Below, piece after piece: positions 1-9,924 of a DNA stretch of 36,259 nt (the first letter of the stretch is position 1; each line of letters starts with the position of its first letter). Both the position numbers and the translations under genes were made by a program. Source of the stretch: a virus (taxonomy: Duplodnaviria > Caudoviricetes). The stretch is from positions 1-36,259 of the IMG/VR virus record IMGVR_UViG_3300012940_000059; one strand, given 5' to 3'. Under the pieces are notes generated by a model, which was given only the letters and a program-made list of their open reading frames with translations, was not told the origin of the DNA and made no database searches.

Positions 1-1085
1 CCGGTGATCAGAGTATCGTTGACGTAACTACGAGTAGGCTGAGCCCGGTAGTTCTCCGAGAATTCTACCGACTTGATCATGCTCGGGAAGAACACGTTGC
101 AGGACGGCGGGATGCTGAAAAGCATCTGCGGCTTGACGAAGTAGTTTGCCAGGCGCAGCGGCTCCTTGTGTGCCTTGTCCGGCTGACTTGGAGGAGTGTC
201 CGAAGTACCGATCACAGTTCCGTCGGAAAGACGAACCCGGTAACACGGCGCTGTAGGCAGCATGGCCAGCTCGCAGTAGACGACGCCCAACACGTGCTCT
301 AGGACATCGTACACGCTACCGGTGCCGCCAACAGTAGCCGCCAAATTCTCCTGGATCGTACTGAGGGCGAAGTCCGCTTGAACTGCCTTGAAGATAGGGA
401 ACACCCCCGCGCTGTCATCCGCCTCGTCTTCGAACACAGGGAGGGCGATGAACCGGTTGATGAAGTTCCGCTTTCGCACCAAACGTGCGAAGAAGTTCGC
501 CGCCGGCAGAGTCCTGTGTTCGGGGGGTAGATCGGAGGACAGGAGGCCGCGGAGCACGTTGTAGACGAGCTCATACGGGCGATCAATGTCGGCAGGGGGC
601 TTCTTCGAGCCCGACAGTAAGCCCTTCTTGAACAAGGAGAAGGGGTAGAACGCCCCCGGCTGCGAGACGTTGTTGGCGTTGAAGCCCGGCGTGGTGGCCG
701 CCCCGACGGCCGCCTCGACGGTGTTCATGAAGAAGAAGTAGAGCTCCTTGAACACGGTGATGTCCGCGACCGCGTCAAATGACATTGATCTTCCGGAAGG
801 GGAGTTCCGATAAGACCACCCGAGAATCTCGCCCTCAAAAAGAAGGCGATAAGCGGGTTTATCCGGGTCGAGCGTGGTGTCGAGGTAAAAGATCACAACC
901 TCAATACGGTCTTCGGACCCTAGGCGCTGGAGTAACCTATGCGGTGCAAAACTGAGCGTCGCAGAAGGAATCGTACCGACGCCGTAGTCGACCACGACGC
1001 TCGGACAGGGGATCTCGATTCCGTTCATGTACACCAGCCAGGCGCCCTGGTGAAAGGCACCCGGCGAATAAGGCTCGGTCGACAA
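1..1085 (-). CDS. Putative baseplate hub / tail structural protein, partial (runs off window start; not in ORF track)
   Basis: Read manually: GGAG SD then TTG at 1085, giving MSTEPYSPGAFHQGAWLVYMNGIEIPCPSVVVDYGVGTIPSATLSF...YRLLFEGEILGWSY...MSFDAVAD. This beta-rich pattern resembles gpD/VgrG-like hub N-termini, and the gene lies downstream of the tape measure. I translated about the first 125 codons; openness to the window edge is assumed. Confidence 0.6.
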   Translation of the reverse strand, partial: MSTEPYSPGAFHQGAWLVYMNGIEIPCPSVVVDYGVGTIPSATLSFAPHRLLQRLGSEDRIEVVIFYLDTTLDPDKPAYRLLFEGEILGWSYRNSPSGRSMSFDAVADITVFKELYFFFMNTVEAAVGAATTPGFNANNVSQPGAFYPFSLFKKGLLSGSKKPPADIDRPYELVYNVLRGLLSSDLPPEHRTLPAANFFARLVRKRNFINRFIALPVFEDEADDSAGVFPIFKAVQADFALSTIQENLAATVGGTGSVYDVLEHVLGVVYCELAMLPTAPCYRVRLSDGTVIGTSDTPPSQPDKAHKEPLRLANYFVKPQMLFSIPPSCNVFFPSMIKSVEFSENYRAQPTRSYVNDTLIT

Positions 1086-1088
1086 GGT

Positions 1089-1598
1089 TTACTCCTGATC
1101 GCTTAGTAGAAGCGCCGCCAGAAGAAGAACAGCGCACATCGCCGCCACACGGTGCACGAACGAGGGGCTCTCCATATGCTCTTGCAGCAAGTCCGTGTAC
1201 TGCCGCGGAGCCCCGAGGAGGTGTAGTTCCGCGAAGGCGCGTTGAGCGTAGGGCCGAAGCAGGCGCAGGCGCGCGTCCATCGTCACGACCCGGTTCTGCC
1301 ACGGGAGGTGTTTGGCGTAGGCGGGAAGCGCGCCTACCAGATCGCGGAACACCGCACGCAGTTCCGACTTGTGGGCAAAGCCTACGACGGCCTGGGCAGC
1401 AGCATAGTCACCTCCGGCGGTGACCGCGGTGTCCATCACCAACCGGCGCAGCTCGTCGAGCGCCTCGTACCCCAGCCCTCCAGCAAGACGCTTTACCGCT
1501 TTATCGATCAACCGCACAGGGATCTGTGGCGGTTTGATGTCAGGTTCTTCGAAAGGATCGCCCAGACCAAAGGCGAGCGCATTTGCAAGGTACGCCAC
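1089..1598 (-). CDS. Hypothetical protein (tail module)
   Basis: 169-aa ORF, AAGGAG SD before GTG, packed in the minus-strand operon. Confidence 0.7.
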   Translation of the reverse strand: MAYLANALAFGLGDPFEEPDIKPPQIPVRLIDKAVKRLAGGLGYEALDELRRLVMDTAVTAGGDYAAAQAVVGFAHKSELRAVFRDLVGALPAYAKHLPWQNRVVTMDARLRLLRPYAQRAFAELHLLGAPRQYTDLLQEHMESPSFVHRVAAMCAVLLLAALLLSDQE

Positions 1599-1610
1599 AG
1601 CCGGACTCCT

Positions 1611-2456
1611 TTACGCGGTGCGGGCGGAAAGCTTCCCAGCCACGGACGTCTGACCCGAAGCAGGAGGAACCATGGTCGTTCGGACCGGTCGCACACGAGT
1701 ACGGAGTCCGTCCGTGTCGAACGGGAGAAGATCGCTCGGCGCAAATACCTCACTCAACGATACGATCCCGTCGCTGTCGTTAGGTAGGATCGTGATGCTC
1801 TTCACGAGAAACGCGAAGCCGAAAGGTACGTTGACTTCGTTTTCTGCATCGAGACCCCAGTCGAGACCCATGTACGTCCCGCTTACGACCACGCCGTCGT
1901 AACGAAGACGCGCCACCTTTTGACGTCTAGCGAGCTGCGTCCCGCGGAGAATGTCGCGGTAGAGGCGGACCATCTTCATGGCCTGGTCATCCTGGATGCT
2001 GTTTACCAGGAACCCTGTGTAGTTGAAGATCGGCGCCCCCTGCCCAAAGAAGTAGGCGACGTAGTTGTCCGAGAGGAGCTCGACGACCTCCGTCTTCTCC
2101 TTGAGGCTGTGCTGCGCCCGGGTAAGCTGGAAGTCGACGAAACCGGCGCCACCGTTGGCCCCTCCTGTCGCCAGGTTCGTCCCTGCGAGCACGCGCGCCA
2201 ACGGTTCGGAGCGGGGGTCCGCGGCGGCCACGGAGTCGACGAAGCGCTGGTACTCCTGGGGACCAACCTGCACAAACAGGCGTGCGAGGGTCTCCCGGAA
2301 GTCGTACTCCCGCGGCCCCGTGTTTCGTGCGTACTTCGGGGTTACCCCGATCTCCTTACCATACATTCCGATTGGCGGGCGTACGTTAGCCCCGCTGCTG
2401 AGGCGCTGATCTTCCTCGAAAACAACCCCAGGAAGGATGCCGGGGAACGTGGCCAT
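1611..2456 (-). CDS. Putative tail tube-initiator/baseplate-associated structural protein
   Basis: 281 aa, GGAGG SD. Beta-rich core (FQLTRAQHSLKEKTEVVELLSDNYVAYFFGQGAPIFNYTGFL...FGFAFLV); position just after the tape measure. Confidence 0.5.
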   Translation of the reverse strand: MATFPGILPGVVFEEDQRLSSGANVRPPIGMYGKEIGVTPKYARNTGPREYDFRETLARLFVQVGPQEYQRFVDSVAAADPRSEPLARVLAGTNLATGGANGGAGFVDFQLTRAQHSLKEKTEVVELLSDNYVAYFFGQGAPIFNYTGFLVNSIQDDQAMKMVRLYRDILRGTQLARRQKVARLRYDGVVVSGTYMGLDWGLDAENEVNVPFGFAFLVKSITILPNDSDGIVSLSEVFAPSDLLPFDTDGLRTRVRPVRTTMVPPASGQTSVAGKLSARTA

Positions 2457-2468
2457 CTGACCTCCAGT

Positions 2469-2675
2469 TTACCGCGTAATGAACGTCACGGGCACCACCT
2501 CGTCCTCCTGGACGGGGAGTACACCCTCCTCGTTCACGACCATGCGAGCCCGCTGTAACAAGCTCGGCAGTCGGACCTCGGCTACCGTTCCCTGGCGCCG
2601 GTTACGAATGACGGCCCCATTCACCATGCCGACGACGTTGATCGCGGTGGGGATGAGGAGAGTTGTCTTTGCCAT
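2469..2675 (-). CDS. Small hypothetical protein
   Basis: 68 aa, TGATG overlap with the tape measure stop, GGAG SD. Confidence 0.7.
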   Translation of the reverse strand: MAKTTLLIPTAINVVGMVNGAVIRNRRQGTVAEVRLPSLLQRARMVVNEEGVLPVQEDEVVPVTFITR

Positions 2676-5600
2676 CAGTCCGACTCCACGCCAAGAGTTG
2701 TGTCAGGGCTGAGGCGCCCGAGGTACTTGGCAGCCTTGAGCAGGTCCAGCGAAGCCTTCTGGAAGGTATCCACCGCCTGAGGAAAATTGCCCTTCATCTC
2801 TGCTGCGAGCGACGCGACATCGTCTCGCTGCTTGTCGATATTGACGTCGTCCGCGGTGATGTCGTTGGAGCTGGTGCGGTCCTTCGTCGTGGCGGATCCA
2901 GAAGCATCCGCGAGGCCCTCGAACTCCGAGGCGATACGTTCCCGTTCCGATTCAGTCGTAGCGCTCGCGAACTCGTCTGCGAGGCTCTTCGCTTTACCTG
3001 TGAGACCCGCACGCAGATCGTCGTCGCTGGTCAACCGAGTAAGCGCGCTGTAACCGCCCTGCGTCATCATCGTGTCGACCATCGACGAGTCTGCGACACC
3101 CTTGAACATCTGGGTAGCGCCGGAGCGGCGATTTACCGCCCGCAGACGCCCGAGGTGCATCGCGCGCGCCTTCTTGAAGGTAGCCGTGAGCTCGTCGTTC
3201 GACTTACCGCGAAGGCCCTGTGCAGCTTTGCGCATCAGGTTGGGGTCGAGCTTTTTCGTCTTCTTCGCCACCTTCAACGCCTGGTCGATCAGCTTAGACT
3301 GCTCTTCCGCCGGGATCGAATTCAGGTAGTCCAGGTAACGACGATGACCTTCTTCAGTAGGGTCTCCGAGCAGCGTAGCGAGAACTGCAACACGCGGATC
3401 GTCGTGTATACCGAACAGGTCGCTCATCAGGTCGCGGCGCCCGCCGTTACCGATCTCCGAGTCGAACCACCCGTTTTCTCCGAAGATCATATTTGCGGCG
3501 TTGTCACCGACCTTTTCAAGGGCGCTGTTCTCCATGCGGAAGTACTCGTCGTTTCCGCCGGAGAGGTTTACGGCCTTGAAAAAGTTGGCGCCGACGTCCC
3601 CTGCCATTGCTTCGGCCATGCGGCCGGAAAGGACGTCCATCTCCTGCATAGTAACCGAAGAGGGGTCTACGCCCGCTTCGACAGCGGCTTCGCGCAAGAG
3701 TCGCTGGCGAACCTCGGAGGTGGTACCTTTCTCTTCGAATCCGACGGCGTTCTGCAACGAACTGCCGCGTTCGCGAGCGGCCCGTGCGAGCTTTCCGGCG
3801 TAGATGTTGGCCAGGCGCCGCGCGTTGGCGGCACCTCCCACGCGCTTGCCCACGCCCGCCAGAGTCTGATCCTGCTCAGTCACAGATGCTGCCAACCCGC
3901 GAGCAATGCTCCAGCTGCTTGCCTGCCGGCTAGCGAGCTCACGCCCCTGCGCATCTGGGTCGATCAAGCCGCCGCCGAGGAGGCTTGTTACGCGCATGGC
4001 GGTAGAGGCACCTATGACACTATTCCACCCGCCCCGCACGCGGTTGAGCTCGTACATCGTGGAGGCATCTCCGCCCATGAGCTCCTTGATCCGCCCGTAG
4101 GCGCGGGTCCTGCCGTAGTCGATCCCACCAACAGTCATCAGGGATTCGGTACCGTCGAGGTCCCCCATCGCGCTGCGGTACGCCGCACGAAACGTGTCCA
4201 TGTCGGCGGAGGACACCCCGTCCGCGAGCCTCTGCTCTCGCGCGTCACGTGCGAAGAGACGGCGCGACATCCTCCGTGCGCGCCCCTCGCTAGATCCGAA
4301 CGCGTCCTCAGCAGCCTCGGTCCAGAAACCAGCAATATGCTCAGCAGCGTTCCGCCCCCGTCGCCCGAGGCCCGACCAACCCTGTAGCGACGAGCGTACG
4401 AGCCCGCCAAAAAAGCCGTCCCGATCCGCAGCCACATCGAGGAAACCAGGCGAATCGAGCGCGCCCTGGGCGCGGTTTGTACTGCTAAGATCACGCCGCT
4501 GCACTTCGAGCTGGCGCTGAATGTTTCGGAAGGTCTCGGGGCTGTTCGCCTCACCCATCAGCTGCAACGCAGAGTGAGCGTCCATACCCATCGCCGACGC
4601 GGCCGTGACGAATCCGCCGGGGCCAGAGAGTCCCAGCGTCTTCTGTGTGTTCAGTACCTGCCGCATCTTCATCGCCTTCAGGCCCACGGGCCCGAGCGCG
4701 CGTCCGAGCTGATCTTGCAGCTCTCCCTGTTGTGCGAGGAACATGCCGAGCGCACCCGCACCGTGCTGACCCACCGCGGCGAGAAGGTTGTTCGCACCCA
4801 TGGAGGCCAGCCCGCTCACACCAACGTCGCCGCGGAGGAGGGCGCCGACGTTGCCTGCATTGAGACCGAAGGTACCGCCCGGCCCGGCGTTCGACATTGC
4901 AGCGGCCATCATCGGCTGTCGGAGGAACGCCGCCGAGGACTCCATGTCCCGCTGAGCAATGCCCGAAACCCCGCCCAGCATGGCCAGCTGCTGCGTTGTG
5001 AAGGCGTTGGACGCCACCGCCTGGCGCGCCATGCCGTAGGCGCCCGCGCCCACCTGCACACCCAGGCCCGCCGAGAGTCCTTGCTGCTGGAAGACCATGG
5101 CGCCCTGGAGGGCACCGCTATCCATGAGGGAGCTGACGTTCGTGCCGGCCATCCGGGCAAACAGCCGGGCGTCCCGTGTGAACTGCATGGACTCGTTGAT
5201 CGACAGACCCATGCTGCGCATCTTGCCGAGCTGACGGACGGCTTCGACGACGTCCGGCTCGTTGGCCAGCTGCATGAAGTTCTTCACCGCCTTAGCGACG
5301 TGAATCAAGCGGGAGCGGAGCGCCTCGCTCCCCTGCGCCATGTCGAGCAAACCGTTCTCGCCAGCGGAGCCGGCGATACGGGTAAGGTCCTGGATCGAGA
5401 AGGACCCGCCCGTCTCCTTGCGGAATCCCGAGCGCCAGCCCACGTCCTCGACGAGGCGACCGAGGTGCGCCGCGCCAGGCATCCCGAGGCCGCGGCCAGT
5501 AACATCGAGCTCCGAACCGCCGACCACGAACCCCTGCGAGATGCTGCGAAGCTGCTGCGCGCGCATGGCGGTTGAGCGGAAGGGGCTCGCGTGGTCGATG

Positions 5601-6346
5601 ATGTGCTGTGCCGTTTCGCCGAGCCCGCCTGCTTCCGACCCGATAAACCCGCCGGCGAAGCCAACCGCGCTTCCGATGAGCGCACCGTACCGCCCGCCCA
5701 GACGCGCACCGGCGTAGGCCCCGACACCCGCGCCGAGCGAGCCGTACAGGTAGTCTGTCGCTCCCCGGGCCACCACGCCAGGGGCCGCCAACGCCGCCGC
5801 CGTGAGCTGCTGCCCTCGCTGGGCGGCCATCGCGGACCCGTACTCAAACGGCGTGCTGAAGTGCGGGCTGACCGGGTGCGGCGTGAACGGCGTCGGGATG
5901 ATGGGGAACTGGGGCACCGGCGGTACGGTCGGTACCGGCGCCTGGGGAAACGGGCGAAAGATGCCCATGCCCGGAGGGGTCATCATCATCGGGGAGGGCA
6001 TCATCCCCGTGTTGAACCCACCGTACCCACCCATGCCCGCGAGGCCCTGGGCTACATACGGGTTGAACTGCTGGGCCTGGATGCCCGCCATGTTCGCGCG
6101 GTACTGGTGGGCAAAGGCGCCGATGCTGTCAAATCCCCCCGGGTCCGTCCCGTAGGCGCTGGGCCGCGTGAGCATGGCCGCCTGAATCGTATTGACCGCC
6201 GCCGCCTGTGACCGGAGGGCCACCTCCTGGGAGACCTCGCCAGGCGTCCGCACCTGCGGCGTCGGGGTCGGCGTACCGAGGGGGCTGAAGTCACTCTGCG
6301 CGAGGAGCCCCATCTGCGCCTGCATCACGTTCAGGTCGTTCGGCAT
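2675..6346 (-). CDS. Tape measure-like tail protein
   Basis: 1223 aa, Ala/Gly/Met-rich helical sequence with glycine-zipper segments, directly downstream of a frameshifting chaperone pair (classic G/GT-TMP synteny). Confidence 0.75.
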   Translation of the reverse strand: MPNDLNVMQAQMGLLAQSDFSPLGTPTPTPQVRTPGEVSQEVALRSQAAAVNTIQAAMLTRPSAYGTDPGGFDSIGAFAHQYRANMAGIQAQQFNPYVAQGLAGMGGYGGFNTGMMPSPMMMTPPGMGIFRPFPQAPVPTVPPVPQFPIIPTPFTPHPVSPHFSTPFEYGSAMAAQRGQQLTAAALAAPGVVARGATDYLYGSLGAGVGAYAGARLGGRYGALIGSAVGFAGGFIGSEAGGLGETAQHIIDHASPFRSTAMRAQQLRSISQGFVVGGSELDVTGRGLGMPGAAHLGRLVEDVGWRSGFRKETGGSFSIQDLTRIAGSAGENGLLDMAQGSEALRSRLIHVAKAVKNFMQLANEPDVVEAVRQLGKMRSMGLSINESMQFTRDARLFARMAGTNVSSLMDSGALQGAMVFQQQGLSAGLGVQVGAGAYGMARQAVASNAFTTQQLAMLGGVSGIAQRDMESSAAFLRQPMMAAAMSNAGPGGTFGLNAGNVGALLRGDVGVSGLASMGANNLLAAVGQHGAGALGMFLAQQGELQDQLGRALGPVGLKAMKMRQVLNTQKTLGLSGPGGFVTAASAMGMDAHSALQLMGEANSPETFRNIQRQLEVQRRDLSSTNRAQGALDSPGFLDVAADRDGFFGGLVRSSLQGWSGLGRRGRNAAEHIAGFWTEAAEDAFGSSEGRARRMSRRLFARDAREQRLADGVSSADMDTFRAAYRSAMGDLDGTESLMTVGGIDYGRTRAYGRIKELMGGDASTMYELNRVRGGWNSVIGASTAMRVTSLLGGGLIDPDAQGRELASRQASSWSIARGLAASVTEQDQTLAGVGKRVGGAANARRLANIYAGKLARAARERGSSLQNAVGFEEKGTTSEVRQRLLREAAVEAGVDPSSVTMQEMDVLSGRMAEAMAGDVGANFFKAVNLSGGNDEYFRMENSALEKVGDNAANMIFGENGWFDSEIGNGGRRDLMSDLFGIHDDPRVAVLATLLGDPTEEGHRRYLDYLNSIPAEEQSKLIDQALKVAKKTKKLDPNLMRKAAQGLRGKSNDELTATFKKARAMHLGRLRAVNRRSGATQMFKGVADSSMVDTMMTQGGYSALTRLTSDDDLRAGLTGKAKSLADEFASATTESERERIASEFEGLADASGSATTKDRTSSNDITADDVNIDKQRDDVASLAAEMKGNFPQAVDTFQKASLDLLKAAKYLGRLSPDTTLGVESD

Positions 6347-6741
6347 TACCGCCTCCTGCGCCGCGACCTCCCTGGCTGAGGAAGGTCTTCGTCCTTGACT
6401 GTCAGCGCCTCGACCTTCTCGAGGAGCTTCTCGTCCCGTTTCTGCCGACGAGCCCGGGCCTCAACCTTCCGCCGCGACACCCCAATCATAGACGGGCGGT
6501 ACTTCGACTGATGCAGCTCCTGCGCATAGTCGTCAAGCATAGCCTGCAAGCGCTCAGGAGCCACGCCGAGAGCGCCTCCGATGAGCTCCGCAAATAGGCG
6601 CGTCTGTGCCTGCTTCTCGTTCCGCTCGCGGCGGACCAGCTCGCGCAGCACCTGGTCTTGGAGCGAGCCCCGGGGCGGCAGCGATACACCCCGGAGCTTC
6701 AGGGTGGCCCGCTCCAGCCCGCCCCGGGCGGCTAGAAATTT
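6346..6741 (-). CDS. Tail assembly chaperone frameshift extension (GT-like C-terminal part)
   Basis: The -1 frame is open from the slippery heptamer (6741-6735) through FLAARGGLERATLKLRGVSLPPRGSLQDQVLRELVRRE... to TAA at 6346, which overlaps the tape measure ATG. Confidence 0.75.
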   Translation of the reverse strand, partial: KFLAARGGLERATLKLRGVSLPPRGSLQDQVLRELVRRERNEKQAQTRLFAELIGGALGVAPERLQAMLDDYAQELHQSKYRPSMIGVSRRKVEARARRQKRDEKLLEKVEALTVKDEDLPQPGRSRRRRR

Positions 6742-7325
6742 TCAGGCGCACCTTCGCTGAAGATCACCATGATCTTCTGGTCGAACTTTGCGAGCTCCCT
6801 GGAGAGCAGGGAGAAGAGCGGACCAGGGAACTTCACGATCTTCTTGAGAAGCGCCTCGAACTGCTCTTCGGTATCGTGAGGGAACTTCTCCCCGTTCCAC
6901 TCGAAGAGAGACGCAGCCAAGTTGTATCGTGTGATCATCTCCTCCTGGCTGAGCTTCATCGTCGGACGACGGAATTCCAACGCGTCCTGAAGACGAATGT
7001 GATCTTCGTATGTACGGGTCCGGAGGCGCGCCCGCTTCCCGCGAAGGTAGACGTATTCCTCGTAGTAGCCCTTGTCGAGAACCGCGTCGAGAATACCGAT
7101 CGCCTCGGCCCGGTCGATCCCGGCTTCCTTGATGAGCCGCTCCCAGCGCTCACCGGGGGAGAGCTTCTCCCAGGGAACCTCCTCGTCCTCCGTCGGCTGC
7201 TGCGTCGCCTGCTGCCTCTCGACCTCGGCAGTCACCTCGACCGCAGAGGGGCTGGGGACGCCGACGGTACGTTCCGAATTGTGGGGGATACCGCGGAAAT
7301 TTCCGATCTGCATGCGCTCACTCAT
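6732..7325 (-). CDS. Tail assembly chaperone (G-like)
   Basis: Likely start MSERMQIG at 7325 (GAGG upstream); ends ...PENF-TAG on the heptamer A AAT TTC; upstream of the tape measure. Confidence 0.75.
   Translation of the reverse strand: MSERMQIGNFRGIPHNSERTVGVPSPSAVEVTAEVERQQATQQPTEDEEVPWEKLSPGERWERLIKEAGIDRAEAIGILDAVLDKGYYEEYVYLRGKRARLRTRTYEDHIRLQDALEFRRPTMKLSQEEMITRYNLAASLFEWNGEKFPHDTEEQFEALLKKIVKFPGPLFSLLSRELAKFDQKIMVIFSEGAPENF
6735..6741 (-). other. Programmed -1 ribosomal frameshift slippery site A-AAT-TTC
   Basis: In-frame X XXY YYZ heptamer immediately before the stop codon, followed by a GC-rich pairable region (6658-6731). Confidence 0.8.
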
Positions 7326-7378
7326 AAGGACGACCTCGTGATGCGGGGGGTTTCCTTGGTACAAGGAACTGGCGCGCA

Positions 7379-7393
7379 GTTTACGTCGTAAAC
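7379..7393. promoter_or_regulatory. Palindromic operator/promoter element GTTTACGTCGTAAAC (copy 1)
   Basis: 7-1-7 palindrome in the divergent intergenic gap; core repeated at 19421 and 32868. Confidence 0.6.
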
Positions 7394-7439
7394 GATCCAC
7401 TGCCTAGCGGTCTTTGCCGCGGTCGAGTGCAGTCGAAGG

Positions 7440-7469
7440 TTGACGAGATAAACACGGTCGGAGTATACC
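7440..7469 (+). promoter_or_regulatory. Possible sigma70-like promoter for the helicase operon
   Basis: TTGACG-N18-TATACC, about 30 nt upstream of the ATG at 7498; imperfect. Confidence 0.3.
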
Positions 7470-7497
7470 CGACCCCCAACAGAAAAGGACCATCACT

Positions 7498-9687
7498 ATG
7501 CGTTGCACGGGGTGTGGTTTTACAGTCCCCCACACGAAAGCGCCCGCCAACCACAGCTGCAATGCGTGCGGGCAGGCGCTCCAGATCGATAGCGACGACC
7601 TCCTCATGCACGGCTACGGCGCCCCTGGGCGCGAGATGCGCATGGGGCAGGTTCAGATGGGCCGCCTCGTAGAAAGCGTGATCAAAGATAATGTCATGGC
7701 CGTCATCGAGGGGCCGGTAGGCAGTGGCAAGAGCGATGGGTACGGCGTTCCCGCGGTCCTCTCCGGGAAGCGTGTCGTCATCAGTACCGCCAAGAAGCAG
7801 CTCCAGCACCAGATCTCTCGCAAGGACATCCCCCTCATCGGTGAGCGCATCGGCAAGCACGTACAGGTCGCTCTGCTGAAGGGAAAGTCGAACTACGCCT
7901 GCCGTGTCAAAGCCGTAGACGTACCGGCAGAGAGCCGCGACAGCTTCATCGCCTGGCTCCTCGAGTCGGAGTACGGCGACCTCTCGGACTACCCGGGCAA
8001 GCGTCCGTTCTTTTGGAACGATGTGACCGCCGAGGACTGCATCGGTTCGCGGTGCAAGTTCGCCAGCAAGTGCGGGTACTGGAAAGCGAAGCAGCAGATC
8101 AAGTCAGCCCAGGTCATCGTCGCCAACCACCACGTCGTGGCCTTCGACCTTCGTTTCGGGCCGAAGAAGATGCTCGGGGACTACAACGTCCTCATCATCG
8201 ACGAGGCGCATCAGGCTCCAGATGCTTTCCGCGGCGCCTACGCGCTCTCGGTAACACCTTACAGCGTAAAACGCATCCTACGTCAGATCGACAACGCCGG
8301 GCTCAGTACGGGCCTCGAGAAAACGCTCGAGAACGCGTGGAAGCGGATGTTCGAGCTCATCGAGGACCAAGACGGCGAGGTACCCAAGGACCCGTTCGGT
8401 GCGGAAGGCGACGACGCGATCAACCTCCTCAAGGATCTGACTGCCATCGTCAAGAAGGAGATGGCGGAAGCCGGCGGGATCCCTGATGGCGACATGGAAG
8501 AAGATGACGCCGGCAGCGACTCCGGGAAGGTCGACTGGGACGTCGTCGCCAAGCTGGAGATGCTCAAGAAAGCAGTGGAGCGTCCTCTCGCGGCGTTGCA
8601 GGAGGCCAGAGACCCCAGCGACAACACCGTAATCTTTATCACGACATCCGAGCGCAACATGAAGAGCGTTACGGTGTCGCCGATCTCAGTTGGACCGATG
8701 GTAGGTCCGAAGCTTCAGATGGTCGACTCGGTGATTGTGACGAGCGCGACTATCGCGGTGAACAACAGTTTCGATCACATCAAGCGCCAGCTCGGCCTCG
8801 ACTGGAAACCTCCGGCCACTCCTCTCCCGCAGGTTCCGCAGGGCCCGGTGTCGCCCACGCAGGCGGCGGCCATGGCCTCGCCGGTTCAGAAGGCGAAGGA
8901 AATCCGGGAGCTCATCCTGGAGACGCCGTTCGACTACAACAAGCAGGCGGCTCTCTACACGCCCACGCACATCCCACTGCCCGTCGGCCCCACCGGGGAT
9001 GCCCAGGCCCGAGACCGCTACCTGAGCGCGCTCACCACCGAGTGTATGCGGCTCATCCGTGCCTCCGACGGCAACGCTTTCGTTCTCTTCACGTCGAGCC
9101 TCGACCTGAAGGAAGTGCACGAGCGCATGCTGGTGGAGGACATCGATAACCAGATCATTCCGCAGGGTGACGACGCCGAGGCAGCTTTCCGGGAATTCAT
9201 GAAGACGCCGCGCAGTGTGATCTTCGGACTCAAGAGCTTCTGGGAGGGTGTCGATGTCGTAGGCGAAAAGCTTCGCCTCGTCATCATCACCAAGCTTCCC
9301 TTCCCGCTGGTCAGCGACCCTGTCATCCAAGCACGATCCCGTCAGATGATGCAGCAGGCCGCGGCGCGAGGCATCTCCGAGCAGACGGCACGGTCGTCTG
9401 TTTTCCAGGGGCTACAGATCCCCCAGATGCTCACAGACCTCCGGCAGGGGGCTGGACGCTTGATCCGGTCGAAGACCGACGAGGGCCTCCTCGCAATCCT
9501 CGACGGGCGGGTGTGGACCGGGTCGAACCAGAGGGCTCCTGTCACCGGGCAGGCGTCGTATCTCGGGTACGGTAAGCTCGTCGTAGACTCGATTGGGTTC
9601 AGCCAGCGCACCAGCAAGTTCGAACTCGCAGACGCATACCTGAGAAAGATCCGCCGCAACGCAATGAAGAAGGCCGCAAATGGCTAA
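7498..9687 (+). CDS. dinG: DinG/YoaA-family ATP-dependent DNA helicase with N-terminal Zn ribbon
   Basis: Walker A GPVGSGKS, KGKSNYAC plus Fe-S-type cysteines (DCIGSRCKFASKC), VANHH, IIDEAH, TSAT, FWEGVDV, KLPFP, QGAGRLIRS; N-terminal CxxC...CxxC. Confidence 0.92.
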   Translation: MRCTGCGFTVPHTKAPANHSCNACGQALQIDSDDLLMHGYGAPGREMRMGQVQMGRLVESVIKDNVMAVIEGPVGSGKSDGYGVPAVLSGKRVVISTAKKQLQHQISRKDIPLIGERIGKHVQVALLKGKSNYACRVKAVDVPAESRDSFIAWLLESEYGDLSDYPGKRPFFWNDVTAEDCIGSRCKFASKCGYWKAKQQIKSAQVIVANHHVVAFDLRFGPKKMLGDYNVLIIDEAHQAPDAFRGAYALSVTPYSVKRILRQIDNAGLSTGLEKTLENAWKRMFELIEDQDGEVPKDPFGAEGDDAINLLKDLTAIVKKEMAEAGGIPDGDMEEDDAGSDSGKVDWDVVAKLEMLKKAVERPLAALQEARDPSDNTVIFITTSERNMKSVTVSPISVGPMVGPKLQMVDSVIVTSATIAVNNSFDHIKRQLGLDWKPPATPLPQVPQGPVSPTQAAAMASPVQKAKEIRELILETPFDYNKQAALYTPTHIPLPVGPTGDAQARDRYLSALTTECMRLIRASDGNAFVLFTSSLDLKEVHERMLVEDIDNQIIPQGDDAEAAFREFMKTPRSVIFGLKSFWEGVDVVGEKLRLVIITKLPFPLVSDPVIQARSRQMMQQAAARGISEQTARSSVFQGLQIPQMLTDLRQGAGRLIRSKTDEGLLAILDGRVWTGSNQRAPVTGQASYLGYGKLVVDSIGFSQRTSKFELADAYLRKIRRNAMKKAANG

Positions 9688-9919
9688 GTCTCGCCTCAAG
9701 GTGGTGCGTAATCCCGAAGAACTCGAAGCCCTCAAGAAGACCCTGAAGGCGCTTCGCGATATGTACGGATACACACAAGCTCACGTAGCCGCAGAGCTTG
9801 GGATCTCTCGTTCGCAGTACACCGCCATCGAGACCGGACGCTCTTCGCTTAGTTACGATCACCTGTGTAGCCTGGCAAAGCTCTACTTGTTGCCGAGTTG
9901 GCCAGTCGACGGGGTTTAG
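9680..9919 (+). CDS. XRE-family helix-turn-helix regulator
   Basis: LKALRDMYGYTQAHVAAELGISRSQYTAIETGR is a canonical HTH_3 pattern. Confidence 0.88.
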   Translation: MAKSRLKVVRNPEELEALKKTLKALRDMYGYTQAHVAAELGISRSQYTAIETGRSSLSYDHLCSLAKLYLLPSWPVDGV

Positions 9920-9924
9920 CTGAA

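Noticed and set aside
2663-6211. Long plus-strand ORFs (574, 333, 206 aa) opposite the tape measure
   Set aside because: Antisense shadows typical of high-GC coding DNA; no SD or recognisable motifs.
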